Assembly (NCBI GenBank): GCA_025786725.1
Contig: JAHLTZ010000008.1
Span: forward strand, 434,001 to 498,000
Length of the DNA: 64,000 nt
Reading direction: 5' to 3'
DNA from: Syncephalis fuscata S228
Lineage: Eukaryota; Fungi; Zoopagomycota
The position numbers and the translations under genes are program-made. The notes under the pieces were generated by a model, which worked only from the letters and a program-made list of their open reading frames with translations, did not search any database and was not told the DNA's origin. Position 1 is the first letter of the stretch. The number at the start of each line of letters is the position of its first letter. Positions 25,329-39,807 of the stretch are shown piece after piece.

Positions 25329-28300
25329 CTAATCGAAATAACGAGGCTCGTCGAACACATGATAACGATGGCCGCGTAAACCATCATTTCGGAATTGCGC
25401 CGGATAATGTAGCGCTGTCGGTATATTGGACTCGGGTACGTAATTGCCTAGAGGTACACGATTGTCTTCTTCAGCTGCCAGATTGTCGTGATGTCGTCTG
25501 TTTGCCTCAGCAATATCATCTTCGACGCAATGAGGAGTATCAAACAGTTGGAACTTGGCCGATTGGATCTCAGTATCGGTAATACCGCCATGTGAGATAC
25601 GAGCATAGGCTAATCGTTTTAGACCGCGGAAGCCAATGTATTCGCACCAGCGATCCCAGTCGGTAGGATCAACATCGTTCAGTTTTCCTTCGCCCATAAG
25701 AATGTTGTATATTTCACCAAATGGTTTGGATACGACGTAGCCTAGGAAAACGATTGGATTTTTGCTAGTGCTAGCAATGCGTGCAAGCTCGGTTGTTTGT
25801 AATCGACGATCAAGCAGATTCTCATCTTGTCCGTTGTGCGAAACAATAACATCCACGTCAGTGCCGTAGACATCTAATGTGGCGTAGATTGCACATGCCA
25901 ATTCACCATCGGGCGATGGCAGTAAATGATGTGAAGAACGCTTGATGGGGAATTTGGAAAGCATGGTACAGCCCCAGGTATGTTTACTCGAAGCAGGTCC
26001 ATAGTCAGTATACATATTCAATACTTCGCCCAGTGACTGAGTAAGATCACGATTGCCAGTAATAATGCGTTGAAGGTCAGATTCAAGCAGACCAATCACA
26101 TCAATACCAAGTTCTTCTATGGCCGCACGCATACGTTCCTCGCTTGCCCACATATCGTTGTCGATGCCAAAATGTATGGTCCAAATACCGGCTGTAAAGG
26201 CGCGATGTTCGGCAGGTGTGTAAGACTGTGGCGTTTGAAGCTGAACACGCGACAGATACGCTAGTGCGCCCAAAGCACAAAGGGTAATTGATGTGATTTT
26301 GGATATTGCGCCTGTTGAACGACGGCGCTGTTCGTAGGCTTGCTGTATTTGTGGATGCTGCTTTTCGTACGAGTAAAGATTTAGGTGAGGGCGAGCACTA
26401 GCGCTTAAAAAGCCAATATTTAACGCAATAGCCATAACGGTCATTACAATCCAGGTGCGTTCGCGCAATAGTGGCCCACCTGGTACGAATTCATAGGCAA
26501 CTGTCCATACGTGAGCAAGCATCAAGACGTTGTAAGCCAGTAGCGCAACGGCTAACGAGCGTCCCAATGGTTGAGCCCCTAGAGAAAGAATAATATTTGG
26601 GGCAACAGAGAACAGGAATACGGCAAATCCCAATCCGCCGATAAAGCTTAGCCATCCAGAGGCGGCAGAAAAGGTAAATATAGATATAATACCAAATATT
26701 GACCAGCCTGGTAGTAAAGTTAAGCGGCTCTGGGCTAGATTAAGACCGCCACACATAGCCACAAGCACCAAAAATCCCCAAGGAACTGGCTGTGCACCAA
26801 GGTGTGGGTAGCCATCGACTGCCCAGCGTAGCGGCGTTGTCGAGTCGGAGAAGACGGTGTGCAAGGCAAAGAGTAGCGCACCAAATCCTATCGATGCACG
26901 GGCCCAGCTTGAACGACCCATAGATTCTTTTGCTGCTGCTGTCTTTATATCTACCGAGGATGGCCGAGAAGAAGTTAAAAACTGGTAGTCTCGATAGATG
27001 GCAATGGTACTGGCTGCAACACCAACTAGCAAGCCGGTCATATTCCAGCCTCCGTTTTGAGGATTCATAATGGGCCAGATTGGATTATTGGTACGCCAGG
27101 CAGCTTTAGCCACGCAACTTGCAATGAGACCCAGTAGCCATGAATAGGCGTCACGATCCGACGTGTGTGCGGAGAACGAGGAAAACCAAGCAATGCATGC
27201 CAAAAACGATCCACCGGCCGTAAAATATAGTCGATGTTCTGGTGCAGGAAAATGGTAGGCGGCCAGGGTCAGCACGGTGACAAGATGGAAGATGCCGCGG
27301 TAATTGCAGGCTAGACGGCGTATAATAGGTATACCAAGTAGTACGGCACCCATATTAGCAAATAGATAAAGCTCGTCGCCGCTAAGTCCCATGTGCCACA
27401 AGGGGAAATACCAAATGGCCAATGGTACTGCGGTAAGCAACGACCAAAAGACGTAGCCAAGATAAACATCGGCTGCAAAGTAGACGCTTTCACTGGTTGT
27501 AACAGATGATAGCCAGGACTGGACAAGTGGCCATCCAGTAATAGATGCAATATTAGAGCCAACGGATGAGCTGTTGATCATAGAAGAGGCCGAACGTTCT
27601 GTAGCGCGGCCTGTATCCATAACCAATACTTGCAATCGGCTAAAGCACCAGGCAGAACAAGCATCAAATGCAATATCATAAAAGATAAGTGACCATTCGA
27701 ACAAAGCGTAAAAGCTATACGCTCCTTTAACTTTGTGTACTTTATGTTGAATGAAAAAGTAGGCGAGTGGACCCAGCGATGCACCAAATAGAATACCAAG
27801 TCGTTTGCGCCACTTGACAGCATGCTGAACTTTTACGCCTGAAAGACGCCGTTCGTGCCAAATAGTACCAATCATATATGGAAATGTACATAGAATGTAG
27901 AGTAGCATACCAATATCATGAATATCGTGATCATCGGTCGATGTAATATAAACAAAAACGCCACAAGCAACGGTACGTATAAGGCCAATGCCAAAAACGG
28001 TTTTGGCAAGTGTTGAAGGATAGTTCATTTTGCTTGATGCGTGCAAATACCATAGACTAAGGATGGCAAAGCGTGGGCCAGCTGCTAATGCAATAATAAT
28101 CTGGAATATCGATCGAGCAGGATATCGATCACCAGTAGCTGCACTGACACTAGGAAACCATTCATCCGGATAGCCATAGTATTGATTGCGTACAATTTTG
28201 TCAAAATGCGTGTAGCATGCAACAATGAGTGCAGTCACAAATGCGCCTAACTAGATGTTAGATTTTATAAAGTTGTTATATAAATTGCCTGACTTACCAA

Positions 28301-28472
28301 TAGCAAATATAGTGTGTAATTGCGAGAAAAACACACCCGGAAGTCTTACGAGTACACCTTGAGATTTTGCCATCATTAATTCAGAATCGGTATCGCTTTG
28401 TCCGCTATTGCTACTACTTGGCACACCCTCCTCGACAGGACGATGCTTTTCCGATGTACGATGGCGCGGCAT
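25329..28472 (-). CDS. CWH43: Cwh43, GPI-anchor lipid remodelling protein (Frag1/DRAM/Sfk1 N-domain, multi-TM, C-terminal EEP-like domain)
   Basis: YYGYPDEWFPSVSAATGDRYPARSIFQ, VYITSTDDHD, YALFEWSLI, WTVAYEFVPGG, FTAGIWTIHFG, GLLESDLQRI, HTWGC, DRWCEYI, ITDTEIQ. Exon 1 is 28298-28472, intron 28247-28297. Confidence 0.96.
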
Positions 28473-30701
28473 AGGTAACTTTACTACGGTAGAAATGAGA
28501 TTAGAGTAGTAAAACAGAAAGCATAAGTTGTCATGGAAATAGAGTACATATTGCAATGCCATGTTATATATATATATAATTATGATATAATTAATGACGA
28601 TTAATTAATTACTCACATTGTTAATTACAGTATTGGGCCACTGCACTACTACCAATGTCAACTGTGATGTCTTAGAGTTGCAGATCACTCAATATCCACA
28701 GCTATTTATCAGTCACCTTTTAATAAATAAGGTTGACTGGTGGCGACGCTTTTAAAAATAAGGAATAGGTTTACGTGCAACACCTTAAACAAATAATTCA
28801 ATTTAATAAATAGTTTAACCTTTAAACCAAAGTACAAATAGGAGAGATAGCAGCAATAACTAGATATAAAGCGTAAAATCGATAGATTTAACAACAGCGA
28901 CAATAGCAATAATGGTAGCACCCTCTAGTGCCACTTCTTCTTCTTCTTTTTATAAATGACTAAGCTGTATCGGTCAAAATCACACCATTTGCTGAGATGT
29001 CCCCCTTTTAGTCAAATCAGTCTATTTCTTTTTTTACAATGAATATTACTCACGTCCCTCCTTTTCCCAACTACTTACGAGCCGTAAATGTAAAGATCAG
29101 CGCTTTCCTTTCATGCTAGCCCCCTCATAAATAGACGTCCGAGTGCTACTTTAAGCAGACACTACAGATGAACACGTAATCGACTGACAAACAAACGCTT
29201 CCTGCCTCTACGATAAGCATCGCTGAGCAGCAAAAACAAGTCATTTCATTTGCGTACTGGGCCTAAAATGTCCGTAATTGATCGGAGCCTTCGGTTTAAT
29301 TATCGGAATAATGCAATATACCGTTCACCGAGGACTGTGACATCACTAATTAAAATGGTAAGTGCACTGATTGCCATCCTAATCCGCTGATTAATGCTTT
29401 ATGGCCAATCTCCTTTTTGGATATTGATTCATTATGGCCCATATGGTAGAGTGTTAAGGCCGGATCAATAAAAATTAAATCATAGTCAAATAGTAATCAT
29501 AATCATAGTTATTACTAGTATTTTTGTTGTTGTTATAGTCAAACTATTTAATTTATTAGTCAATCATTCTGGATAGAAACAGGTTATTTTGATCATTTGT
29601 ATACATTAATGGTTTTTAATCAATCACATTCTTTATACATCACAGTATAATTAACAGGTTACTATTCAATAGCATTAGCAATAAATTATAAATGTAAAAA
29701 GTGACCATTGACAATAGATTATATTGTATTCTACTATGCTGGCTGTACACATACACAGATCATTATATAAATGCATTCATGCCAGTGCCTGCTCCAGCTG
29801 TCTCTGCCTTGTTATTTGCCCAGCCTTCAACATCGTCATTGTAGTAACTTTTATTACTACATGAAAACCGGTTTATTCCCCATTAGTTCGCACGATCTTT
29901 CCTTCCTTTCTCTCTCTCTCTCTCTTTGCCTTACTACAAATTTATTTCTACAACCACGCACAAAAGTGCATACATACACCTACACACGCTCACTCTCACT
30001 CTTTCACAGACATTGTCAACTTGAATCTTTTCTTTCATTTTACTCATCTTATTTTATTCAGTTCTCATCTGTTTTATTAAATCAACTCTATTGCTTTCTC
30101 TGTACTTGTTCTGTGCATCTGTGCATTCTAACCAGTCGTATTCTGCATTCAATCATTCCTTACCAACACGACAAACCCACCGTGTGAAATCTTCTGCCTA
30201 TTTGATTGTCTACAAGAATGAATAGTTGCTTTGTTCAGCAATTTAATTTAGTTTCCGTTTAATGGTCCGACTGGCATATCTCTGCATACTGTCATCTTTT
30301 TCAGTGTTTATCAGTCCGACACGTCATAAATTCATACACATTGCTATCCATCAGCCAATCAAGACGTTTAGCGCCGACGTGAACCGCCTTAACAAGATTC
30401 ACTACAGCTATTTGCTAAACTACGACAATCGTCGATTTATTAAGAATCCATCATTTATTGGGCGTGTGATAGTTGTACTTCCTCGTCAAGGTGTGTAGCT
30501 TTCACTTCATTCCCCGTGTTATTCTACTATTCAAATAACAATTCTCATTCTTGTTCTCCCTACCTTCCAATAACCATACCATCATCACCATCACCACCGC
30601 TATTACAATTCAGCCTTTGCGTTTATCTGTCCTAGTTTCATTATTGCCAATTGTGTTACATTACCTGTTTATATGACTATTTCTCGACTATTCATACACC
30701 A

Positions 30702-32599
30702 ATGAAGATGGAAAGTTCTTATTCATCAAGCTTGGAAAAGGATATAGCCGATATTCCCTCAAGTACATTGCTAGTCACACCTTCTCTATCCTATTCGCAT
30801 TCAGATTCATCGGCAACCACCACCAATGACTATGATGACGATGATGACCACAACAGCACCGATAAGCTTTGTCATGACCATGATTATGCAAGTAGCGATA
30901 TCGATGGTAAAGTATTCCAGCTAAGTACGAGTCGATCTGCATTATCATCGGTATATCCGACTTCGATAGAAGCATCGAGTAACATTCTATCATCGTCTTT
31001 GGCTTCTATAGCCTCCAATGTATCTTTATCTTCGTCAACATCGTATATTCGATCTCGTAGGCGTGCACCGGCTACAACACTTGCTACTTCGCCTGTAACT
31101 AAAGCAATTGTCATTCCATCAACAACAGATGCTGCCACGTATGCTGCTGCCACAATGGAATCACTTCCCAAATCTGCATCTCCCCTTTATTCTTATGATG
31201 AAGATACACACTATAGCTCGCTTGATACACTGAATTACGATGAATTCAGATTTATTATAACGGAATTCGGCGTTATTAGCCATATTAGAGATAGACCAAC
31301 TGTGGAACAGCGTCGATTTCCTTTATCCTCCTACACACCTTCACCCACCACACCCGGCGGAGGACTTGCCACTTTAACACGTATTTGTGCATCAGCACTC
31401 GGCCTTGGCGGCGATAACACAGATGATACAACGGCCAATACTGAGGCTCATTCTTTATTATCAGCGTCATCGGTTTCATCACGCGTCTCTGCCATTACAC
31501 TCTGTTCGTCCAAAGCCATTGGTCAACCGATATTTCGCTACGTTCATAATGATGACCTGCCTGTACTATGTCGCACACTTAGTCGAGCCTGCGCTCGAGT
31601 ATCTCGTTGTGCCATTCGATGGTCATCTGAGATAGATCAAGACCATATGACTAGAAGGCAAAGTACTCTATCTAAAGATACACCTATTAACAGTGCCGAT
31701 CACAAATCAGGAAACCATTTAGCGACTACTTCAGTAAATTGGCGTGGGTATGGATTACTATTTGTCAATTTGATGATTTTATGGTTTGTACTTTGCGGCG
31801 ACCTTTAGACGATGAAGAAGACGAAGAAGGTCATGGTGGCTCGTTAGAAAGACGCCGTCATACATTTAGCGGTATAAGCGGATTTCTCATTAATCTTTTA
31901 TTACCAAATAGTGATGAAGACGAAGAAGACGACGACGACGACGATGATGATGATGATAAAGAAGTATATGAAACATGTATGATAACAGATGATAAAAATC
32001 AGCAATTATTTAGTAATAATGAAGATGAAGATGATATTTTTAATAATACTGATTTCTTACAATCTACCATTAATACAACGATGACAACAATAACATCTAA
32101 AACCGATGATACTACCATACCTTCTACCATGGATGATCAAACTAGATTGACTATTATACCAACTGTTAAACATCTAGTTTCATCGTTTTCCCTTAATGCG
32201 GTGATATCCAATACACCACCAGATCAAGGAACAACAACAACAGCCAACTCTCCTGTTGTTACTACAACACATGCTCATGCTGTTGGCAAAGTAGTAGAAT
32301 CGCCCAAATGGAGAGTCAACACTAGCCAATATACTTATTATCATAATAATGCCAATGATAATAGCAATGGTCAAAAGATAAATGACCATCAAGACAAAGA
32401 CCGTTTATCGCAAGATGGCAACGATAAACACAACACTGATCAACGTCAAACAGCTACTTCATCACCTGCATACTTGATGAGTATGTTTACCAATTGGACC
32501 GGTACAACTAACCTTCAAAATACGGTGGTGGATACGGTAACACGCTACACCTACGGCTTATTCGGTCAGCAACGCCATCATTCCTCGCATTCTTCGTAG
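30702..32599 (+). CDS. Mostly disordered protein with one PAS-like domain
   Basis: FRFIITEFGVISHI...AIGQPIFRYVHNDDLPVLCRTL...RCAIRW...WRGYGLLFVQFDDFMVCTLRRP matches the PAS pattern (G..I...VH.DD). The two track ORFs join by adding one base near 31766. Confidence 0.65.
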
Positions 32600-32887
32600 T
32601 ATAATGAAGCCGGCCTTCATTTGTTTGATATACGATTTTAATTGATGTGTAATGCACGCATTACAACGTATATCTTTGATTCTTTTATCTGTTGTAGTTT
32701 TAACTGTTATAATACATATTATGTTTATCTACGTTATGAATAGATTTCAATTATTGTAAAGTGTAATAATGTGAATACAAATAATAATAATAATTTTATT
32801 TTAACTATCTATGCCAGGTTGACTGAATGTATTTATTATAGACTGTCAGTTTAAATATGACGTTAATTCACTATGCTGTGTACTGCT

Positions 32888-34277
32888 TAAATGATCGGCA
32901 TTGTTTGAAATAAAGCCATAGCTGATATTGCCAAATAGACAGATTTACTTGCTATGCTACATGTAAAGTTTAGCATATATCATTTTTACGCTTAATCGGT
33001 TAAGCCGTGTAATCTAGATTTAATCCATCAGCCTATCGCGTTGTAAAGAGCTTACAATATTAATGTTCAGACAATATAATGACAGCAATAAAGACTCTTT
33101 TGCAATAAGTGTACAAGAAAACACACGGTTTACTACATATTACACTAATAGTTACATGTACTGAAGATTCTACTGGAATGGTTGTAGCTGCTTATACGGA
33201 AGACTAAAGCAATTACGTAGTACATTGGTCATAGACGGTTTTAGACGACTCATGTTTTATTACGACATTTTCTGCAACTATCACAATACATAAGCTGGCT
33301 TTACTGCTCCTCCGAACCAACATTGTATCTTTATCTTCTCTTTCTACTCTTTACCACTCAATATACGCTACACTCATTCGTTCTTACTGTCCTTTGTTGT
33401 TCAATATGCTTTACGCTCGCTAGACGTCTAATGATTACAAGATCACTGCTGGTTGCTGCTATACATACTAAGATAAGTAGCTGTCATGTGTGGTGTAATG
33501 CAATTGGCCTTTTACTATGTGAGCATTTGTAGATATATAGCCAACTAGACGCTATATGATTTTGTGGCCTGTATTTCAGTGTGCTGCAAACGGTGCTAGA
33601 TTGCACATAGTTGACTGACCTTTTTTAGTAGTAAATATGAAGTTTGCTATGAGCTTGTTCGTTTGGTTGCATTGATAAGTATTTGGGTGTAAGTGCAGTA
33701 TCAGATTTCTACTTGCCTGTTTTTGAATTGAACTGGGTATGGCGATAGAATCGGGTGTTGTTTTTTACAGCGTTTGTTAGTGGGACTCCGCATGAAATTG
33801 CATAGGATTTATACAATACAACGTATACAAACTGCCTCCATGATTGTGCGCGAGAAAGCTAGCCAAAACGCAGTTGTTGGTATGGTTTTATGAACGTGAT
33901 AGATGCTGGGGTCTTGATCGGGGGGAACCCCCCTTGCTCCGTGTTATTACGGATCATAGCTATTAAAGATGGCTGTTCCAGTGCTCTATCACTGTAACTA
34001 CGCGGGCAAGCAGCATTGCACAGTCAAATCGCATGGCGGTATACTTATTTCTTTTTAAACCGATATAGATTCAAGAATGCTGCTGTTCAACAAGAATATG
34101 GCCGTAGTCTACTATTTATCTACTTGGTTTGTATTATTCTATTTATATTTGTATTAAATAAAAATAAACTTTTTGTACATATCAAAATGTTATAATAGTT
34201 AATGTAATTACAGTTGGACTATTTATTTGACAATCATTTCAGTGATTTATTTAGTTAATTGCTTTTTTATGTTATTA
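32888..34277 (+). repeat. 1.39-kb direct repeat, copy 1
   Basis: Near-identical (roughly a dozen differences by eye) to 41863-43257. The same 69-aa ORF appears at 33323 and 42300. Confidence 0.95.
33896..33992 (+). other. Predicted multi-stem structured element (candidate ncRNA), copy 1
   Basis: Outer stem GTGATAGATGCTGG/CCAGTGCTCTATCAC encloses hairpins G6-AA-C6, TCCGTG-TTAT-TACGGA and ATAGCTAT-TAAAG-ATGGCTGT. Confidence 0.4.
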
Positions 34278-34349
34278 TCCACAATTTCCTTTTTAGGATA
34301 ATGAAAATTACGCTTCAAACGAAATTTTTTTGCGTGATGTATATTTTCT

Positions 34350-34632
34350 TTATCTGCGTAACAGAACATTATCTGTTTGTTCCAATACACTTTTCTCTCT
34401 CCATTCATTGCGCTATATACACTATAGCTTTGATGTCGTTTTACATGCTTTCTTACCGTACATTTATCATTCTATACATCACTCTATACTCGTATAGCCT
34501 TGCTCTATCCAAAAATATGTTTATTTCTGTTCTAGCTTTATTATTTATAAATGTCGACTAATGTCGCTCATTCACTCATGCATATATGCTTAGTAGCTAT
34601 ACCACTGCTATTCATACTTTTTACTTTATATA
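34350..34632. repeat. Internal segment of the foldback family, homologous to 40730-40980 and (reverse) 17170-17380
   Basis: Shared tgttctagc.ttattatt...tgtcgactaatgtcgctcatt..tcatgcatatatgct.agta.ctataccactgct. Confidence 0.7.
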
Positions 34633-37600
34633 TTCGTTTCATTCTGTATCGTTCTGTCATATGATAGCCATGCGCTACTCAAAACTGCTGTTTATTTGGC
34701 GCTAGGTCTATTGGTTGTAAAGCTCAGCTCATTCCTTTCTTATCTCTCATTGGTCCATATACACTGCAGCAGTTACTTTCCTGTCTATACACTTTAGCGT
34801 GTCTACTCGTCTTATTGCGTAGTGCTTTGTTTTCTAATAAACGTGCGCAGTTTGTTACAGTGGTTCACTTGTTAGTAGCTTTATTTGTTGTAAGATCTGC
34901 CGCTTGTCGTTCATCTCTACTTTCATTCAGTCTATTCAGCATGGCCTTCTTCTATGCTGTTGAATATTTGTAAATAGCAAGCTACAGTTGTTGCAGCGGC
35001 TACATAGCCTTTTGTGGTATATAAACATGCTTGTTAATTGGGTCGAGGTTTTTATTACGCCGTCAGCTATTGCTACACGCCGCTACAAATCATTAAACTG
35101 TATTGTATATTGTATATTCTGGTAAATCCGTGTTTTGTTTATTTTGAAGTTACAAGGATTATTCAATCGACAGCTTTTGTTGGTGGTTAATTTAGACTGT
35201 CAGCTTATTTATGGCGTAATATGCCAATAACGGCTAGATCAGCGACCACTTCTATACAATACGCGGCACTGCTCAATTAAATTTGTATACAAGCGCTGAA
35301 AATTGGATTTATGACTGGAGGATGTTGAATTTGATTTAGCGCTATTAAGTACAGCTGACCGGTGTAACAGCTTTGCTTCAGCAATGTCGGTTGATATTAG
35401 TTCAAATATGCGGCGACAGCATTATTGAAAAGCTGCATTGCTTCTGCGAAAAATGAAGCCATAATATTAATGGATATACACTAGACAACCAATCTATTGC
35501 GCAAAGCTTTGTTCCAAGTGGATGCAATAACATCCACTGATTCAGAAATACGTGCATTTGTTAATGAATGATATAGAATAGACAATTAATCAGAATTAAA
35601 GTACATTGAATACTAGATATTCCGTATACATCCATTGACGACTGATGCTATTAAGCTTGAGGATACACGTAAGAAATGCTAGTTACCTTGTAGCTATGAT
35701 CTATTCTGTTTCCGTTCATTCTATACTAATACACAGAGTGATAATTATTTAGAACCAATGTCAGTATTTGTGGCATTGATGCGTAAAGGTATCATTTTAT
35801 TTCATCATCGATTAGCGTCACATGCACACAGCATATTACGTTGTATTCAGTAGCTGATCGCTTATGTTGTTGTTCTACCTGGCGTAATCGATTATGTAAT
35901 TTCGACGATATATCTGATGGATTTGCACTGCTTATTGCAGTCTACAACTGGGAATTGGTAGTATTGATGAGCTGTTGTTGATTTGTAAGTAAACAGAACA
36001 AAGTAAAATGTTCCGTTGAATTAAGCATATTCAAAAGAAGGCAACAAGATTGGGACGGCTTCTTAGTATTAAAGCCGATGTGATGGGTAAATTGATTAAA
36101 CGGTGCAATAAACGAGTCGACAGTGAAATTGGCTCATACCTTGGCAATAACCAAAACATGTATGAGTATATTTAGCATATAGATATGATAGTGATACTTT
36201 GACATAGATCATTCGATTAATGTATTGCAGACTATAGAGCATTACAAAAAGACTATTGTGCATGTACATGGCAACTATTTTGGTACAGATCGATATTGAG
36301 CTAATACAGCTATTTAAAGTTTCCAACGATGTTATGACAAAGTTAATAGTTTTGATGCTGGAATAGTGCCAATGAACGTTATTACAGAGCGCTATATAAT
36401 GAATATGTATCGATTATAACATATAAACAACTACATTACTAACACGGATAATTGTATAATATATATATATATAAGCATTAATAAACAATCAAGCAGCCGT
36501 CAATGGTCAGTAGTGAACATGAAAACATTAAATTACTGTTGCCATCAACGTATAGCCAGCTGTATTAGTTAGCTGGCAATGGCAACATTGTAATATTGCT
36601 CATGATTACTATAGAAATTAGCATTATTCTATTGACAAGATCGTATTGTTAATATCTATCTAATAGTAGAAATTATAGCAACGCTATTAGCAAATGGACA
36701 ACTAAGCACCATGCATTTTTCAATATATATATATATAGCTGGCCAAACGCTATTAATCCATGTTGTTTACCGACTAGCTGGTTGCATAGTATTTACGGAT
36801 ACCTGCTGATTAGCTGTATCAACTGATTAACAATAGCCAATATAATAGTATAGCAATATTCTGTTAAGCAATATGCTAGTAATCGCGCGTCAACACCGAT
36901 AAAGTATGGATATTTGATTATTTCCATAGCCGGCTATAGGTTAATAGACATGTAACATGGGTATCAGTTAATCATATGGCTACATTAGTGCTATCTGTTA
37001 TTGTGTATTGCTGGTTACTGGTCGACAGTTAGTGTTGAATATACTGCGTGCATCATTGGCATGATATAGCTACCGATACTAACAGTTAGTGAGCGCTATT
37101 TATACAGCTTACTACCATTGTAAACCAATGCTATGTATTGCAGTGCAACAACTAGGAATTGGCAAAATAGTTGCTATTTGTATTGCCAACGACAGTGGTG
37201 AGCTGTGTTTAATAAATGCCACAATTGAAATTACTGTTGAAGATTACCGATCGTCAATATAAACATGTATACTAATGCTGGCTATTGAGAATTGTCATGC
37301 CAGTTGTTACTGGGTAATTGGCGACACAAGTAGTAAACCTAGTGTTGGTACTTGCCAATTTGAAACATATCTACAAATAACATGGACAGTTAACGTCTGC
37401 TCGTTTAGCAAGTGGCAGCATAATATGCACTGTTACTAACTGATGACTATGCATAAGATTTGCTTTTGTATACCAGCAACAGTATGGTGTGCGCACCAAT
37501 GGACAATACTATACCAATGGCTGTTATTGTTATACACTCCACTACATAATTGTATACGGTATGTAGCCAAAATCGCCATTGTCTGTATAACACATTCACA

Positions 37601-39807
37601 GCCATTAACATTGTCAGTACTATTACGGATGACTGATAGCATCTGTATAGTTGCCAGTGGCAATGCCACATAACATGATCTACCAATGATGCCGGTTATA
37701 CTTAATACACGCCACCACCAATGCTAATAAAACAACCAATGTACATGATTAGCATACCGTTCACAGCACGTGTGGCTGACGGTGTACCATTGCGTGCTAT
37801 TGTGCTATTACACACATACTGTAGCTATATACAATACCAATCATTAATATATTTATTAATTATATCATGTCACCGACGCTGTTGGTTGGCCGACATAACT
37901 AGCAAATCGACGGCAATTGTTAACGGTCAATTATGGCTACAGGGATTGATACTGTCAAGTTGCAATTGGCTATCTATTAAGCAATCGATACATTTTTTAA
38001 TTAGTATTTGTGTGGGCTTTTATTGTCAAAATAACAAAAAAAGGACTATTATAGCCTTTATTAATTAACTTTACCAATTCTTGATTCTATCAATCATACA
38101 GCTAGAAATACGTAATAGCATCTACTATAACCGCATGGCGTTGACGCATTGGCGCATATAACTGACATATGTTGGAAAAATCGTGAAAAGGCACCACAAA
38201 TAGAAATGGCAATATTAGCATTAAATATTAACAATATTTAATATATATTGGCCGTCGGCACGTATTTTGATTACAATCAACCATAATGACGCTACTATTT
38301 ATTTTGTAATTATAGCATAGAATCAATCGCTGGTGTTGCATGCGTACTAACATGCGTTTCAACAGCTGTATGTTGCTGTATGCTGCTGTATGTTGCTGTA
38401 TGTTGCTTAACTATACTGCTTATTAATACAGTAGCTAATATGTGCAGCTTGCTGGCGTGTATTGACATTGATCGCCGCTGATGTCAGTTGAATATTACCA
38501 CCAACATTGCAACTATAACGAGCGGTGGTTGTCGTACTTATACTCGCTGATAGACATTGCCATTGCTGTTGCCTTCTTGTATCGTTGAATGTGTGTGTAT
38601 ATGGAGGTCAACTATTTGACATGATGCTTATATCATAGTGCTGATTCCCATTGTAATGCCATGCCTAACCTGATTATAGGTAGTAGCAAATACAGCTACT
38701 TTTTTATAAACGCTTTAACATTTAGCATTCTTTAACTAAATAAATATGCTATAAATCAACATTAGTATAGTGTCTAGTAGCTTTGTTATGCCATTCAATT
38801 ATTTGAATTGTACTATACTGCTAGTATACTAAAAATAGTTACATTCTATAAAGCTACACCCACACTGGTCATTTTAATAATAGCAATAGTGGTTCGTTTG
38901 ATTGGTTTAATTGTGTTAAGCCTAGTATAATAATATTAAACAATTTGCTGATGATCTAGTATGATTTGAAAGATAAATGGCTAAATTTAACAACATCCAA
39001 TCTATTGGGCATGAAACTGTGTGGTGGATGGCATTAGCCATTAAAATACTCGTCATTATAGATTTAGTATTTAGTATGCATATGCCTTCTATCCACCCAT
39101 ATCATTACTATTCTGTATTTATTAAGTCATATATCGATCGATCATATAATAAGCACAACCCATTTACAGCAGGTATTTTATTGCCGCTAGCTTTATTGCT
39201 ATAGGTTCAATTTATTGTACTTACTTAATCGTCTATGTATATCTTCACTATTATTTTATCCATTGATTCTATTCTAAACTATACTCATCATGTCTTATTG
39301 ATAAAACTCGTTTATTTGTTACTCGCCGTATTGTTTGTATATTTTACTTGATTGCTTGTGCAATACGCATACTATACCTTTATTGCCATTATTTTACACT
39401 TTATTTGACCATTCATTTGAATCTATACTATTCCATATTATAACACGGCAAGGAAGAAGGCTTGTGATCTTGTTAAAAGCTAGTATTATTTGAAAACAAA
39501 ACACAGTGCATGAATGCAAACAGCAACACTAACACTGCATACCTAAATATCTATGTAAAAATAACAGTTGATTAAATGGTAAGTAGTTTGAAGTAAAAAT
39601 AAGCAAGTATTTATTACATAGCAGCGCCAGTTGTCTTACCATAGTAAACAGCCGATTATAAAAGCGTACATGGCTATTTGTGCTACACCGTCTTTGTCCG
39701 CACAATAATGCATAGTTTAATAAAACATAACAATGCTTACCTGTAGCTTCAAAGAAACGGTAAATGCTTCAGATGTAGACTGATAAGACATAGTCAGAGA
39801 CTGTCAA

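Noticed and set aside
33323-33532. 69-aa ORF duplicated at 42300-42509
   Set aside because: TTG start, no protein features; its identity only reflects the DNA duplication.
33896-33992. tRNA, hammerhead ribozyme or Fanzor omegaRNA
   Set aside because: No TTC loop, no CUGAUGA/GAAA core, and no TnpB/Fanzor RuvC ORF visible nearby.
36400-39400. Short hydrophobic ORFs in the repeat island
   Set aside because: AT-rich decayed sequence with no motifs or consistent splice structure.
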